Shown: one piece after another, positions 63,743 to 64,000 of the stretch
Numbering within the stretch: position 1 is the stretch's first letter
Layout of the letters: each line of letters starts with the position of its first letter
From: Dendrobates tinctorius
Lineage: Eukaryota
DNA: 64,000 nucleotides
Direction of reading: 5' to 3'
Assembly (NCBI RefSeq): GCF_039654945.1
Contig: NW_027361912.1
Span: 6,262,001 to 6,326,000 of the forward strand
Notes under the pieces: model-generated
What the model saw: only the letters and a program-made list of their open reading frames with translations
What the model was told of the DNA's origin: nothing
Database searches by the model: none
Program-made: the position numbers and the translations under genes

Positions 63743-64000
63743 TAGGATGGCTCCACAATCCCACTGCTATTATGACTAATGCTGGATTGGACTGTATGAA
63801 AATTTGCCTAGTGTGAATATACCCATACAGATATCAGAGCCTGTTGGGCACATGTTTGTCTATCACATGATAAGGACAGTTAGATTTTTTTTTAGTCCTT
63901 GGAAATAACCAGCTAAAATTCGCCATAAATGACAGAAAGCAGTGATCTCAAAATCCATATCGTGTACGGTAATATAATACAATGAAAGATCTGTCTGTTC

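Noticed and set aside
62270-64000. dock5 exons 1-2
   Set aside because: No matching coding segment with splice sites was found; they probably lie beyond the window.

Overview
This is eukaryotic genomic DNA, most likely from an anuran amphibian (inferred from the repeat landscape). The window lies inside a dock5 gene on the minus strand. I traced 31 consecutive coding exons, roughly exons 3-33 by vertebrate DOCK5 numbering. They total 3293 nt, all junctions are GT-AG, the phases are mutually consistent and I saw no stops. They cover the end of the SH3 domain, the helical region, the DHR-1/C2 domain and the ARM-like region. Exons 1-2 and the DHR-2 exons were not found in the window. The introns are packed with repeats: seven Tc1-type elements (one with an intact 340-aa DD34E transposase and matching ~208-bp TIRs), two young 5'-truncated CR1 LINEs, an internal L1 fragment inside a Tc1, many palindromic MITEs (Harbinger-like, T2/Kolobok-like, hAT), Penelope-like remnants with hammerhead-ribozyme-like cores, about a dozen tandem repeats and a 206-N assembly gap. 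The most unusual signals are recurrent micro-deletions at Tc1 TIR tips, the L1 ORF1/ORF2-junction fragment inside a Tc1, MITEs that appear to swap palindromic cores, and antisense hammerhead-like motifs. No prokaryote-type system (CRISPR etc.) is supported. Family assignments come from motif recognition and memory, not from database searches.
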